DNA of 64,000 nucleotides, taken from positions 4,958 through 68,957 of the forward strand of contig JAQGKD010000014.1 in the NCBI GenBank assembly GCA_028290285.1. The letters run 5' to 3'. The translations under genes and the position numbers were made by a program. Below are positions 1 to 10,449 of the stretch, one piece after another (positions within the stretch are counted from its first letter, which is position 1; every line of letters starts with the position of its first letter). The notes under the pieces were generated by a model that had not been told where the DNA came from, ran no database searches, and saw only the letters and a list, made by a program, of their open reading frames with translations. Source of the DNA: Hyphomicrobiales bacterium. Lineage in GTDB: Bacteria > Pseudomonadota > Alphaproteobacteria > Rhizobiales > Beijerinckiaceae.

Positions 1-536
1 CCCCCCCACAGATATGGCACGCCGATATAGAGTTCGGCGGTGGCGACGAAATCGTGGAGACGCGCATCGGGCGCGCCCAGATGCGTCGACCAGATGCAGC
101 GGCCATCGGCCAGAAATGCGAAATCGCCTTTGACCGCAGTCACGGCGACGAGCGCGCCTAGTGGAAGCGCGCCGAGCACCGGTGCTTTCATGCTGCGGCC
201 GGGATACAGAAATGTGCGCGGCACGATTACGCGGTGCGTCGGCTCTACGAGCAGCGCGTCGAGTGAATCCGCGGGCATGTAGCCGACGTAGCCGTCGCTG
301 GAGATCTGGCCCCAGGCCCAACCTTCCTCGACGTCGTAGATCACGACCTCCTCGCCGAACAGGACCTGCGTGTCGAGGCTGCAATCGGGACTCGGCCGCG
401 CGCGCAGCGGGATCGCCTCATCGATGACGCGCATGCGAAGTCCCTCGACATAGCGAGGCGCGGTCACGGTGCCGGCCAGATGAGCGGCTGCGAGATCATC
501 GCGAGCGGGCGTGCGGCGTGGATCGAAGCCGGTCAC
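1..536 (-). CDS. NlpC/P60 (C40) cell-wall peptidase with SH3-like N-terminus, truncated by the window edge
   Basis: Not in ORF track. Hand translation from GTG 536 (GTGA overlap with the MarR stop): MTGFDPRRTPARDDLAA...EEGWAWGQ...DGYVGY...AELYIGVPYLWGG, matching the NlpC/P60 'G.PYLWGG' motif. Confidence 0.88.
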   Translation of the reverse strand, partial: MTGFDPRRTPARDDLAAAHLAGTVTAPRYVEGLRMRVIDEAIPLRARPSPDCSLDTQVLFGEEVVIYDVEEGWAWGQISSDGYVGYMPADSLDALLVEPTHRVIVPRTFLYPGRSMKAPVLGALPLGALVAVTAVKGDFAFLADGRCIWSTHLGAPDARLHDFVATAELYIGVPYLWG

Positions 537-910
537 AGGCCGATGTCCGGCACGGGAAGGTCGCTCGCCTTTTGCACCACCATGTCGCCGAGCTTTTCGA
601 CGTAAAGCGCACCCTTGACGGTGCGCTGGATGATGACGTTGCGCTTGTCGGTCTCGTCGCGTCGACGCGCCACGATGGCCTGCTTGCCCATGGAATCGAG
701 CGCGCGAGTGATGACGGGCTTGGTCACGCCGAGCTTGTGGGCGAGACCGCGCACGGTGTGCGGCGGCTGCTCGAGATAAACCGTCAACAGGATCGCCAGT
801 TGACGATGCGTGAAATCGGCCATTCCATCGGGCCGTGTCTCACGCACCATGGCGAGGGCGATATCGTGCAGCAGGTTCAAACCCTGCGCTGGCTTCAACT
901 CGACTGGCAT
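533..910 (-). CDS. MarR-family transcriptional regulator
   Basis: RQLAILLTVYLE..PHTVRGLA..LGVTKPVITRALD...RRRDETDKRNV winged helix; lies between the aminopeptidase and NlpC/P60 genes. Confidence 0.88.
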   Translation of the reverse strand: MPVELKPAQGLNLLHDIALAMVRETRPDGMADFTHRQLAILLTVYLEQPPHTVRGLAHKLGVTKPVITRALDSMGKQAIVARRRDETDKRNVIIQRTVKGALYVEKLGDMVVQKASDLPVPDIGL

Positions 911-961
911 CACCGCCCCGTTCCTTGCTGGTGCGCCATCTTGCGCGTAGATGCCCTGCGT

Positions 962-2365
962 TCAAGCCTGTTTTTGCGTGCGCCGTTCGAGAAGCTCGTA
1001 AAGAAGGCGCGCCGTCTGCGTCTCGCCGCCCTCGGGGCGTCCGGGCTTGGTTGTCGGCATCCAGCCGTAAATGTCGAAATGCACCCATGCGCCAGCGCCT
1101 TCCGTGAAGCGGCGAAGGAAGAGCGCGGCTGTGATCGAGCCGGCGAAGGGACCGTTCGATACATTGTTGACCTGCGAAATCTTTCCGTCGAGCATGGCGT
1201 CGTAGGGCTCCCACAGCGGCATGCGCCAAACTGGATCGTGGACGCGAGTGCCCGCGCCCGCGATCTCCGCGGCGAGCGCGTCGTCGTCCGTGTAGAAGGG
1301 CGGCAGATCGGGGCCGAGCGCGACGCGCGCCGCTCCCGTCAACGTCGCGAAATCGAAGAGCAGGTCCGGCTTCTCCTCGGCTGCGAGCGCCAGCGCATCG
1401 GCGAGGATCAGGCGTCCTTCCGCATCGGTGTTGCCAATCTCGACATGCAGGCCCTTGCGGCTGGGATAAATGTCGCCCGGGCGGAAGGCGTTTCCGGCAA
1501 TGGCATTCTCGACGATCGGCACCAGCACGCGCAGGCGCAGCGGCAAGTTGGCGTCCATGATCATATGCGCGAGCGCGAGCGCGGTGGCAGCGCCCGCCAT
1601 GTCCTTCTTCATCAGGAGCATGGCGCTCGAGGGCTTGATGTCGAGGCCACCGGTGTCGAAGCAGACGCCTTTGCCGACTAGCGTCACTTTGGGCGCATCC
1701 ACCGGCCCCCAGGAGAATTCGACGAGGCGGGGCGCCTCTTCGGCCGCGCGTCCGACAGCGTGGATCAGCGGGAAATTCTGCGCGAGCAGATCGTCGCCGA
1801 GGATGGTTCGGCACGCGACGCCGTGGCGCGCGGCCAGATCTTGCACGGCCTTTTCGAGCGCGCCGGGTCCCATGTCGTTGGCGGGCGTGTTGACGAGGTC
1901 GCGGGCGAGCGTCACGCCCTCCGCCAGGCGCAGGACGCGCGCGAGATCGACACCCTCGGGGCAGACGAGACGCGGCCATTCACCGGCATGGGGCTTGTAG
2001 CGTGTGAAACGATAGGCGGAGAGACACCAGCCCAGGGCCGCCAGTTCAGCGGCGGGGACGCCGCCCGGGAAGTCGCCATCAAAATGATAGAGGCCCGGAG
2101 GAAGCAGCGTCACGAGCTTTCCGGCCAGAAGCGGATCGACGTGGCGGGCCGTTGCGGGCTCAAGCGCGAAAAGCACGCCGCCGATCCCGCCCTCCGAATC
2201 CGGGAGGATGCAGTGACGTCCAGCCTTGGGCTCGAATCCGTTTGCCTTTGCGAAGGTCAGAGCCATGGGCGCGAGTTCGCTCTGGCGCGCCTGCCAATCG
2301 TCGCCGGTGACGAGCGAGATTGGAATGGATTTGTCAGACGAACGGGCGACGAGCAACGGCATCAT
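962..2365 (-). CDS. pepA: Leucyl aminopeptidase (M17)
   Basis: LVGKGVCFDTGGLDIK, MKKDMAG and NTDAEGRL M17 signature motifs. Confidence 0.93.
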   Translation of the reverse strand: MMPLLVARSSDKSIPISLVTGDDWQARQSELAPMALTFAKANGFEPKAGRHCILPDSEGGIGGVLFALEPATARHVDPLLAGKLVTLLPPGLYHFDGDFPGGVPAAELAALGWCLSAYRFTRYKPHAGEWPRLVCPEGVDLARVLRLAEGVTLARDLVNTPANDMGPGALEKAVQDLAARHGVACRTILGDDLLAQNFPLIHAVGRAAEEAPRLVEFSWGPVDAPKVTLVGKGVCFDTGGLDIKPSSAMLLMKKDMAGAATALALAHMIMDANLPLRLRVLVPIVENAIAGNAFRPGDIYPSRKGLHVEIGNTDAEGRLILADALALAAEEKPDLLFDFATLTGAARVALGPDLPPFYTDDDALAAEIAGAGTRVHDPVWRMPLWEPYDAMLDGKISQVNNVSNGPFAGSITAALFLRRFTEGAGAWVHFDIYGWMPTTKPGRPEGGETQTARLLYELLERRTQKQA

Positions 2366-2393
2366 GGAAACCTCGAATGGCGGGCGGCCCGCG

Positions 2394-2408
2394 TTAACAG
2401 TTACTTAG
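2394..2408 (+). promoter_or_regulatory. CtrA-like site (TTAA-N7-TTAG) upstream of the tadD-like gene
   Basis: TTAA CAGTTAC TTAG, one mismatch to the TTAA-N7-TTAA consensus, in an AT-rich divergent intergenic region. Confidence 0.45.
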
Positions 2409-2457
2409 GGTTAATTCTTTACGTTTGCTCCACGTATCTCAGTCAGTGACGGCTTTC

Positions 2458-3288
2458 ATGTACAGCTTCCCACGCAGCCATCCCCAAGCCAGGACCGCGC
2501 GCTTGTGCGTGGCGCTCACTCTTACGCTGGCGTTGGGCGCGTGCAAGAGCATCGGGGATGTGACTGGCTCCATCCGTCCAGCGAGTGTAACGGCTCCGAC
2601 CGACGATGCCAGCCTGCGCGCCTATGCCGAGACTTGGGGCCGCAAATACGACCAGGATCCGGGCAACAAGACGGCAGCCCTGACCTATGCCGCTGCGCTT
2701 CGTCGTCTCACGCAATATTCACAGGCAACCGCCGTTTTGCAGCGCGCTGCTGCGAAGTTTCCCGACGACATGGAAGTCCTCGGCGCCTACGGCAAAGCCC
2801 TTGCCGACGCCGGCCGCTGGCAGGAGGCCGCCGACGTGCTGTCGCGCGCCCACACGCCAGAACGCCCGAACTGGTCCATTCTCTCGGCGCAGGGCTCCGT
2901 TGCAGACCAGTTGGGGAACCACGCCGCAGCCCAGGAATATTACCAGGCCGCGCTCAAGATCGTGCCTGAGCAGCCCTCCGTGCTCTCGAACCTCGGCCTG
3001 TCCTACGCGCTGGCGAAAGATCTGCGATCGGCGGAACAGGCCATGCAGCGCGCTGTGGACCAGCCCGCGGCCGACATGCGAGTGCGCCAGAATTTCGCGC
3101 TCGTGCTCGCGCTGCAGGGCAAGTTCAGCGAAGCCGAAGCCGTCTCCCGCCGCGACCTCCCGGCGCAGGAAGCTGCCGCCAATGTGGCGGCCATTCGCCA
3201 GATGATCGCCCAGTCCGACACATGGCGCGACATCCAGAAGCTGGACACGCAGCATCCGCGAAAAGGCCCGGCTAGCGCGTCGCGCTGA
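2458..3288 (+). CDS. tadD: TPR lipoprotein, TadD/CpaO-like pilus assembly protein
   Basis: Lipobox LALGAC followed by TPR repeats (YGKAL, SAQGSVADQLG, NLGLSYAL, RVRQNFALVLALQGKF); adjacent to tadC; ATG 2458 chosen. Confidence 0.8.
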   Translation: MYSFPRSHPQARTARLCVALTLTLALGACKSIGDVTGSIRPASVTAPTDDASLRAYAETWGRKYDQDPGNKTAALTYAAALRRLTQYSQATAVLQRAAAKFPDDMEVLGAYGKALADAGRWQEAADVLSRAHTPERPNWSILSAQGSVADQLGNHAAAQEYYQAALKIVPEQPSVLSNLGLSYALAKDLRSAEQAMQRAVDQPAADMRVRQNFALVLALQGKFSEAEAVSRRDLPAQEAAANVAAIRQMIAQSDTWRDIQKLDTQHPRKGPASASR

Positions 3289-3361
3289 ACAGACCATCCG
3301 TCTGTCGCAGCGCCTCACAGAGGCGAGGCGACGTTTTGCAGAGCTTTTCCTTCACACGTGC

Positions 3362-3400
3362 AAAAAGGGGCCGCGCAAAATTGCGCGGCCCTTCTTGTTT
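3362..3400. terminator. Bidirectional intrinsic terminator between convergent tadD and tadC
   Basis: GGGCCGCGCAA/TTGCGCGGCCC stem with A-run on the left and T-rich run on the right. Confidence 0.8.
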
Positions 3401-3423
3401 GTTCCAGACCTGAAAAAGGACGC

Positions 3424-4401
3424 TCACCCCACCGTGCGCGAAACCTGGATGATTGCCGGGGTGAGAACGACTGCGAACAGCACGGGAAGGAAGAAGATGA
3501 TCATCGGAACCGTCAGTTTCGGTGGCAGGGCCGCTGCCTTTTTCTCTGCCTCGCTCATACGCGTGTCGCGGCTTTCCTGCGAGACTACGCGCAAGGCGGT
3601 CCCAAGCGGCGTGCCATATTTTTCGGCCTGGTTCAAAACCGTCACGACCTGACGGATCGCGTCGACATTGGCGCGCTTGCCAAGATTTTCATAGGCAAGC
3701 CGCCGGTCCGGCAGGAACGACAATTCAGCTGTCGTCAGCGTCAGCTCCTCCGCCATCGGAATCGACTGCTCACCGATTTCCGAAGCCACCCGCCGAAATG
3801 CATGTTCGATGGACATGCCGGATTCGACGCATATCAGCATCAGATCGAGCGCGTCGGGAAACGCGCGCCGCATTGAGAACTGCCGCTTGGACGCGACGTT
3901 TTTCAGGTAGATTTCCGGCGCCTTGATGCCGAGATAGAGCATGAAGATCACGGCGCCTATTCGGATCACCACCGAATATCCCATGTCGTTGAGAACGAAA
4001 AAATAGAACCCGCCGGCCAAGAACATGCCGATCGGCATGGCGCCGCGGAAGAAGATAAACGCGGTCTCGGCCGCGGCGCCGCGGAAGCCCGCTGACGCGA
4101 GTTGCATTTTTGCGTTCTCGGTGCCCAGCCAATCGGAGAGTTTGAACTGCTCCACGATCCGCTTCATGAACGGCTTTTCTTCCTGACGGAGTACGACCTT
4201 GTTCGCCTTGCTGAGACGTTCGCGCTCCCGCAGTCGAATGCGGTCCCGTTCGCTGCCCACGCTCTTCATGCGAGAGGCCAGAACGTCGTTCTCCAGAAGA
4301 GGCATGCAAAGCGTCAGGATCGTCGCAATCGCAGCGATCGCGGCGAACAGACTCACGAGGAACTGAGGATCGTCTATCTTCGAGGAAATGATTTCCCACA
4401 T
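3424..4401 (-). CDS. tadC: Tad pilus platform protein TadC (T2SS F family)
   Basis: FPDALDLMLICVESGMSIE, AEKKAAALPPKLTVPMIIFFLP. Confidence 0.92.
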   Translation of the reverse strand: MWEIISSKIDDPQFLVSLFAAIAAIATILTLCMPLLENDVLASRMKSVGSERDRIRLRERERLSKANKVVLRQEEKPFMKRIVEQFKLSDWLGTENAKMQLASAGFRGAAAETAFIFFRGAMPIGMFLAGGFYFFVLNDMGYSVVIRIGAVIFMLYLGIKAPEIYLKNVASKRQFSMRRAFPDALDLMLICVESGMSIEHAFRRVASEIGEQSIPMAEELTLTTAELSFLPDRRLAYENLGKRANVDAIRQVVTVLNQAEKYGTPLGTALRVVSQESRDTRMSEAEKKAAALPPKLTVPMIIFFLPVLFAVVLTPAIIQVSRTVG

Positions 4402-4411
4402 GTGTCCGGCC

Positions 4412-5389
4412 TTAAAAGTCGAAGGAGATCATCTTCTTCATGACGGCGACCCCAATCCCCATCCAGATTGCGCAACCTGCCAGAACCATGCGTCCGGTGT
4501 TGGTGGTCCAGAGAATCTCGATGTATGTCGGGCTGGTTATGTACACCATCGTCGCGACAATGAAGGGAAGAGCGCCGATGATGCCGGCGGAGGCCTTGGC
4601 TTCAGACGACATCGCCTTGATTTTGAGCGCCATTTTTTTGCGGTCGCGCAACACGCGCGAAAGATTGCCGAGCGCTTCGGAAAGATTGCCGCCGGCCTTC
4701 TGCTGGATGGTGATGACGATTGCGAAGAACCGAGCCTCCGACACCGGGACCCGCTCGGCCAGCCGTTCAATGGCCTCGCTGACGGTCAAGCCCAGCGTTT
4801 GCGATTCGACGACCAGCCTGAATTCCGATCTCACCGGTTCCACCGCTTCCGTCGCGATGATGCGCAGGCAATCTCCCAGAGGAAGGCCAGCCTTGATGCC
4901 GCGGATGATCACGTCGAGCGCGTTCGGAAATTCGACGCCGAATTTGTTGAGGCGGCGCTTTTTCAGGAAGCTCAGAACCCAGAAGGGCATTCCCAGAGCA
5001 CCAACGAAAATTCCCACCGGAAGAAAGATGGGGTTGGCCGTGATCAGCATGAGAACGAATCCCAGGAGGACGCCGCCGAGCGCGGCCATCCCGAAAAACT
5101 TCGCCTTTGTGGTCTTCAGGCCCGCCTGCAGCAAACGTTGCTCGATGCTGACTTTCTTCTTCTTCTTCCCGCTCTGCTCCAGTTCCTTCAGGCTGTCGGT
5201 TATCTGCTTGCGGCGTTGGTTGGCATCGACCGCGCGCGCGTTGGCGACTCGCTTGCCGGGACCTTGCACCAGCGCCTGCTTGCGCTTGTCCGCCGTTACC
5301 TCTCCCGAGAGAAACGGATAGACGAACACATAGAACAGCGCTCCTGCGGCCAGCATCGCGAAAAATATGAAGAGCAGGTTGTTGTTCAT
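4412..5389 (-). CDS. tadB: Tad pilus platform protein TadB
   Basis: FPNALDVIIRGIKAGLP, IQQKAGGNLSEAL, MSSEAKASA; real start ATG 5389 (MNNNLL). Confidence 0.92.
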   Translation of the reverse strand: MNNNLLFIFFAMLAAGALFYVFVYPFLSGEVTADKRKQALVQGPGKRVANARAVDANQRRKQITDSLKELEQSGKKKKKVSIEQRLLQAGLKTTKAKFFGMAALGGVLLGFVLMLITANPIFLPVGIFVGALGMPFWVLSFLKKRRLNKFGVEFPNALDVIIRGIKAGLPLGDCLRIIATEAVEPVRSEFRLVVESQTLGLTVSEAIERLAERVPVSEARFFAIVITIQQKAGGNLSEALGNLSRVLRDRKKMALKIKAMSSEAKASAGIIGALPFIVATMVYITSPTYIEILWTTNTGRMVLAGCAIWMGIGVAVMKKMISFDF

Positions 5390-5417
5390 AGCCCCAATCC
5401 CATTGACGCCGCCGTGA

Positions 5418-6875
5418 TCAGGCTGCGGGACGCTCGACGAGTTCCGACGCGTCGAGCGCGGCGGCGAGGCGCTGCTCTTCGTTGTAGTAGCGCGCGCGGT
5501 CCCAGAAGCGGGGACGCCCGATCCCCGTCGACCGGTGCCTGCCCACCAGCTTGCCCTGAGCATCCTCGCCGACGATGTCGTAGACGAAGAGATCCTGCGT
5601 GGTGACCACGTCCCCTTCAAGCCCGAGAACCTCGGTGATATGCGTTATCCGGCGTGAACCGTCGCGCAATCTGGCGGCCTGCACGATGATATCAATCGAC
5701 GTCACCATCATCTCGCGGATCGTGCGCGCCGGTAGAGAGAAGCCACCCATGGTGATCATGGATTCGATACGGCTCAAGGCTTCGCGCGGGGAGTTCGCAT
5801 GCAGCGTTCCCATCGAGCCGTCATGGCCCGTGTTCATGGCCTGCAGGAGATCGAATGCCTCCGGTCCGCGGACTTCGCCGACGATGATCCGCTCTGGGCG
5901 CATACGCAGGCAGTTCTTGACGAGGTCGCGCATGCTGATTGCACCGGTGCCCTCGAGGCTCGGCGGACGCGTTTCGAGGCGCACGACGTGAGCCTGCTGC
6001 AACTGCAATTCGGCCGCGTCCTCACAGGTGATGATGCGCTCATCATCGTCGATGTAATTCGTCAGGCAGTTCAGCAGCGTCGTCTTGCCGGAACCAGTAC
6101 CGCCGGAAATAACCACGTTGCAGCGGACGCGACCGATGATCTTCAGGATCTCACCGCCCTCCGGAGAAATGGCGCCGAATTTGATCAGCTGGTCGAGGGT
6201 GAGCTTGTCTTTCCGGAACTTACGAATGGTGAGCGTCGGACCGTCGATCGCCAGAGGGGGCGCAATGACGTTGACGCGGGACCCGTCCATGAGACGCGCG
6301 TCGCAGATCGGCGAGGCCTCGTCGACGCGGCGTCCGACCTGGCTTACGATTCGCTGGCAGATATTCATCAGTTGCGCGTTGTCGCGGAAGCGAATGTTCG
6401 TGAGCTGGATCTTGCCGCCGACTTCAATAAAGGTCCGCGTGGCGCCATTGACCATGATATCGGCGATATCGTCGCGCGCCAGGAGGGGCTCGAGGGGCCC
6501 GAATCCGAGAACGTCGTTACAGATGTCGTCGAGCACGTCCTCCTGATCCGAAATCGACATGACAACGTTCTTGATCGAGATGATCTCGTTGACGATGTCG
6601 CGGATTTCTTCGCGTGCGCTCTCGGGATCGAGCCTCGACAGCTGCGAAAGATCGATGGCTTCGATCAGGGCCCCGAAGATCATGCTCTTGGTGACGTAAT
6701 AATCTTCGGACCGGCGCGACTCACTCTGCGGCGCCGGCGGTGTGGGCTTGGGCGCAGCCGGGGCCGGCGATGGACTTGTCGCGGGGACCCGAACGGCCTG
6801 CGGGCTCGCAACAGCGGGTTCCGCCGCCGGTCGAGCGGATCCGCCATTTCCGAAGCTTGAGCGCTTGCCGAACAT
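5418..6875 (-). CDS. cpaF: Pilus assembly ATPase CpaF/TadA
   Basis: Walker [41 protein letters not shown]. Confidence 0.95.
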   Translation of the reverse strand: MFGKRSSFGNGGSARPAAEPAVASPQAVRVPATSPSPAPAAPKPTPPAPQSESRRSEDYYVTKSMIFGALIEAIDLSQLSRLDPESAREEIRDIVNEIISIKNVVMSISDQEDVLDDICNDVLGFGPLEPLLARDDIADIMVNGATRTFIEVGGKIQLTNIRFRDNAQLMNICQRIVSQVGRRVDEASPICDARLMDGSRVNVIAPPLAIDGPTLTIRKFRKDKLTLDQLIKFGAISPEGGEILKIIGRVRCNVVISGGTGSGKTTLLNCLTNYIDDDERIITCEDAAELQLQQAHVVRLETRPPSLEGTGAISMRDLVKNCLRMRPERIIVGEVRGPEAFDLLQAMNTGHDGSMGTLHANSPREALSRIESMITMGGFSLPARTIREMMVTSIDIIVQAARLRDGSRRITHITEVLGLEGDVVTTQDLFVYDIVGEDAQGKLVGRHRSTGIGRPRFWDRARYYNEEQRLAAALDASELVERPAA

Positions 6876-6921
6876 CGATTGGTTTCCTTGTCATCTCGCC
6901 TGAGGCCGGATCAATCCGGTA

Positions 6922-8154
6922 CTAGGATGCAGCCTTGCGTCCGAGCTTCGCCATGATCGGATGAAGAAAGTTCTTCTTGGCGCGACGAACTTCCGGACGG
7001 CCCGAGAGAAGCCGGGCGAGATCGGAGAAGGTTTCCGCAATCTTGTTCGCGGCGTCGATCTCACCGATCATCTGGCCGTTGTTCGCAGCGGTGCCGAACA
7101 GTTTCGCATCATGAGAAATGACGCCCACGGGCTCTGTTTCGATCGCGCGCGCGAAATCGGCGACCGAGATTTCGGGCCGCTTGAGCATGCCGACGCCGTT
7201 CATGACGATCCTCGGACGCGAGTCGTTGGCGCGCGCAGGCTTGAGCGCGTCGAAAATATTTTTCGCATTTCTCAGGCTTGCGAGATCGGGAGCCGCGACG
7301 ACGATGACATCGTCGGCGCTGATCAGTGTCCGGCGCTTCCATCCGGACCACCCATGGGGCACGTCGAGCACGACGAAAGGGGCCGTGCCGCGGAGGAGGT
7401 CGATAACCTGCTCGAAGGCGTCCTCGCCGAGATCGTAGAGGCGATCGAGCGTCGCGGGAGCCGCCATGATACTGAGCTTCTCACTGCAGCGCGACAGCAG
7501 ACGTTCGACGTAGTTCGCGTCCATGCGATCATTCGCGAAGACCGCGTCGGCGATACCCTGCGGCGGGTCCTGGTTGAAATCGAGACCCGCTGTTCCGAAC
7601 GGAAGATCCATATCGACGATCACGGTCGGCTGGTCGAGGGTTCGCGACAATGTCCAGGCCAGATTATGCGCGACCGTCGATGCGCCGACGCCGCCCTTCG
7701 TTCCGGTCACCGCGATGACGCGCCCGACCAGGCGGGATCCGGGAGCGGCATAAAGATCGGACACCGAGCGCACAAAGCTCGCGCTGGTGAACGGGTGCAC
7801 GATATATTCGCTGACGCCGCGAGCGATCAGCTCGCGATAGAGCAGGATATCGTTCACCCGACCGATAACGATGACTTTCGTGCCGGAATCGCAGAGCTCG
7901 GCGAGCTGATCGAGTTGTTCGATCAGAAGCTCCTTCTGGCCTGACGCTTCGATGATGATCAGGTTCGGTGTCGGCGCGTCGCGATAGGCTTCGACCGCCG
8001 CTGCCGCGCCCCCCATATGAATTTTCATATGGGACTTGGACATGCGGCGATCGGCCATCGCGTTGGACATCAGCTGATGCGTGTCCGACTGGTCGCAAAA
8101 GGCCTGGATCGAAATACGCGGAACTGGCGCAATCGGTGTCGAAACTTCGTTCAC
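6922..8154 (-). CDS. cpaE: Pilus assembly protein CpaE/TadZ (receiver-like + MinD-like ATPase)
   Basis: PRISIQAFC, IGRVNDILLYRELI, deviant P-loop KGGVGAST; GTG 8154 preceded by GGAG. Confidence 0.92.
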   Translation of the reverse strand: MNEVSTPIAPVPRISIQAFCDQSDTHQLMSNAMADRRMSKSHMKIHMGGAAAAVEAYRDAPTPNLIIIEASGQKELLIEQLDQLAELCDSGTKVIVIGRVNDILLYRELIARGVSEYIVHPFTSASFVRSVSDLYAAPGSRLVGRVIAVTGTKGGVGASTVAHNLAWTLSRTLDQPTVIVDMDLPFGTAGLDFNQDPPQGIADAVFANDRMDANYVERLLSRCSEKLSIMAAPATLDRLYDLGEDAFEQVIDLLRGTAPFVVLDVPHGWSGWKRRTLISADDVIVVAAPDLASLRNAKNIFDALKPARANDSRPRIVMNGVGMLKRPEISVADFARAIETEPVGVISHDAKLFGTAANNGQMIGEIDAANKIAETFSDLARLLSGRPEVRRAKKNFLHPIMAKLGRKAAS

Positions 8155-8176
8155 TTCATTCGCTCCCGAATACTGA

Positions 8177-8914
8177 CTAGTTACCGACCGCACCGATCGA
8201 GCTGTTCTTCGTCGTCCATGCGGTCCCCGGATCGGTGCCCTTGCGGACATTGCCGATCGCGCGCGTGCGCATCTCGGTGTCTTTCGGCCCTTCCGCCTGC
8301 TTGTCCGCGAGGTCGCGGGGGTCGGCGACCTGCGTGGCCAGCATGTTTTGATACGAGCACCCATGATTCCAGTAGGTGTGGTTTCCCCAGCCCTGAAGGG
8401 TGCTGCCCGAGCCCATGTCTTCGGGCCACTCGCCACAGCGAGTCGCCACTTTCGCCTTGAGGCCAACGAAGCTCAGCTGAAGCGGCGACGCGAGGCGGGG
8501 ATCGGCGACCTGATAGCTGCCGACGCTGATGGCGCCGCGCATGCCGTTCTGCAAAAGCTCGTGCCTGATCGAGTCGAGGGCATGGGTGTTTGCGGCCTCG
8601 TTGAACGTGCCTGTGGGCAGGAGGAGGCGCATCTGGCCGCCACCGAGACGGCGCCAGGTTTGCGCGAATTCCGCGAGCTGCCCCTTCGAGCGCGCGTCCA
8701 GGGATCCGTTCACAAAGAGATCGACCTTGTACACGTCCTGGCGCAACTCGATCGGGTGGCGCTTCTCGTAGTCATCGGGTGGCGCGCTGTTCGTAATCAC
8801 GCGGTCGACGCCTCCGCACGCGGCGAGCGGGCATGCCAGAAGGAGCATTGCCAGCATACGCGTGAGAGCGGGGGTGCGTGGCATTTCGCGAGAGGGAATT
8901 GGACGATCAGTCAT
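8177..8914 (-). CDS. cpaD: Pilus assembly lipoprotein CpaD
   Basis: Lipobox LAAC, RHPI, CGEWPED, NHGCSYQNMLATQVADPRDL. Confidence 0.9.
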   Translation of the reverse strand: MTDRPIPSREMPRTPALTRMLAMLLLACPLAACGGVDRVITNSAPPDDYEKRHPIELRQDVYKVDLFVNGSLDARSKGQLAEFAQTWRRLGGGQMRLLLPTGTFNEAANTHALDSIRHELLQNGMRGAISVGSYQVADPRLASPLQLSFVGLKAKVATRCGEWPEDMGSGSTLQGWGNHTYWNHGCSYQNMLATQVADPRDLADKQAEGPKDTEMRTRAIGNVRKGTDPGTAWTTKNSSIGAVGN

Positions 8915-10394
8915 TGATGAACCCCACGCGGCCCTTGAACTGGGAAATGATTTGCGGATTGGATTTGCTGGAATAAATCCGATTCATGCGGCCGAGCAGC
9001 CAGGCCTGCGGATCGCTGGCGTCGGCGAAATTGTCGGTGGGCCTCGACACCTCCGTCGGACTGACGGGCTTGGCGATGTAAGGCGTCACGATGATCATCA
9101 GCTCGCTCTCTTCCCGCTGGTAATCGCGGGACCGGAAGAGCGTGCCGAGCACCGGCAGGTTCATGAGGCCCGGCAAGCCGTTGATGACCTGTTTGGAGCG
9201 AACCTGAATGAGGCCTGCCGAAACGATCGAGGCCCCGGACGGCAATTCCACCGTCGTTTCGTTCTTGCGCGTCAGGAAGGCCGGGACGTTGGCGTTCGAG
9301 AAGGTGATCGATTGCGTCGGATCGACTTCGGTCACTTCAGTCGCGACCCGCAGCAGAATGCGACCTTCCGATAGAACCACCGGCGTAAAGTTCAGCGAGA
9401 TTCCGTAGGGCTTGAAGGTCACGCCAACCGTACAAATGTTTCGGCCAGTCGCATCGGGCGCGCAGGATTGGCTGGCGGGCACCGGCAATTCACCACCGGC
9501 GGTGAACTTGGCCCCTTCTCCAGACACCGCCGTAACCGTCGGCTCTGCGAGCACCCGCGCGACACCATAGCGTTCGAACGCCTGCAGGGTGGCGCTGGCG
9601 CTCGTGCCCGGCAGGGTAAGATTGTTGTCGGAGGGCTGCTGCAGGCTCAGGCCGTAGGGGCTGGAGAGGCTCAGTTTGCCCCAGCCGCCCGTCGAGCCGA
9701 TGCTCGCGCTGGTCACGCCCAGCTGCTTCATGACCTGACGCTTCACTTCCGCGATGGTGACCTTGAGCATCACCTGATCCTTGCCACGGATCACAAGTGA
9801 ATTGATGACCTTTCCAGACGCACCCGCCGCAGCCGGATTACCCGATGTGCCGCCGCCACCCGTACCCGTCTGGCCCACGAACCCATAGGCAATGTCGAGC
9901 GCCTGCTGAGCCTCGCCAGCGGAATCGACGGTCCCGGTCAGGATGATCGTGTCGTTGACGGTCTTCAGCGTCACGTTTGCGTTGGGGATGGCAGTCTTCA
10001 GAATGCGATCAAGCTCGCCGATGTCCCGGCCGATTGAGATTTCGATATTGGCGATCTGGCGGCCTGTCGAATCCATCGCGAAGATGGTGGTCTGACCGCC
10101 TTCCATTCCAATGATGTAGAGCTTGCGCGCAGATCGAACGACGGCATTCGCCACCTTGGGATTGCCGACGAAAATTTCCGCAGCGTCACGGGGAAGGTCG
10201 AGAATGATCGACTTTCCCACGCCCATGCTGATGCGCCGGGCGACGGCGGCGTCGGTCGGCGGTGCCTCGGCGCGGGCCATTTCGCGGGGCGCGCTCTGCG
10301 CCTGCGCGACGGAGGCGGCGCAATTGAGGGACGCCAGGCAGGCAAAAAATGCTCTCAGCTGAATTGAGCGGAAAGCGCGGGCGGCTGGGGTCAT
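8907..10394 (-). CDS. cpaC: Secretin CpaC/RcpA
   Basis: QVMLKVTIAEV, LAEPTVTAVSGE, GLPGLMNLPVLGTLFRS, ELMIIVTPYI; start ATG 10394. Confidence 0.92.
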   Translation of the reverse strand: MTPAARAFRSIQLRAFFACLASLNCAASVAQAQSAPREMARAEAPPTDAAVARRISMGVGKSIILDLPRDAAEIFVGNPKVANAVVRSARKLYIIGMEGGQTTIFAMDSTGRQIANIEISIGRDIGELDRILKTAIPNANVTLKTVNDTIILTGTVDSAGEAQQALDIAYGFVGQTGTGGGGTSGNPAAAGASGKVINSLVIRGKDQVMLKVTIAEVKRQVMKQLGVTSASIGSTGGWGKLSLSSPYGLSLQQPSDNNLTLPGTSASATLQAFERYGVARVLAEPTVTAVSGEGAKFTAGGELPVPASQSCAPDATGRNICTVGVTFKPYGISLNFTPVVLSEGRILLRVATEVTEVDPTQSITFSNANVPAFLTRKNETTVELPSGASIVSAGLIQVRSKQVINGLPGLMNLPVLGTLFRSRDYQREESELMIIVTPYIAKPVSPTEVSRPTDNFADASDPQAWLLGRMNRIYSSKSNPQIISQFKGRVGFIND

Positions 10395-10449
10395 ATCGTG
10401 GCCTCCGACTGCTCTCGAGTGAAATGATTTACTGAAATTCATCGGCATG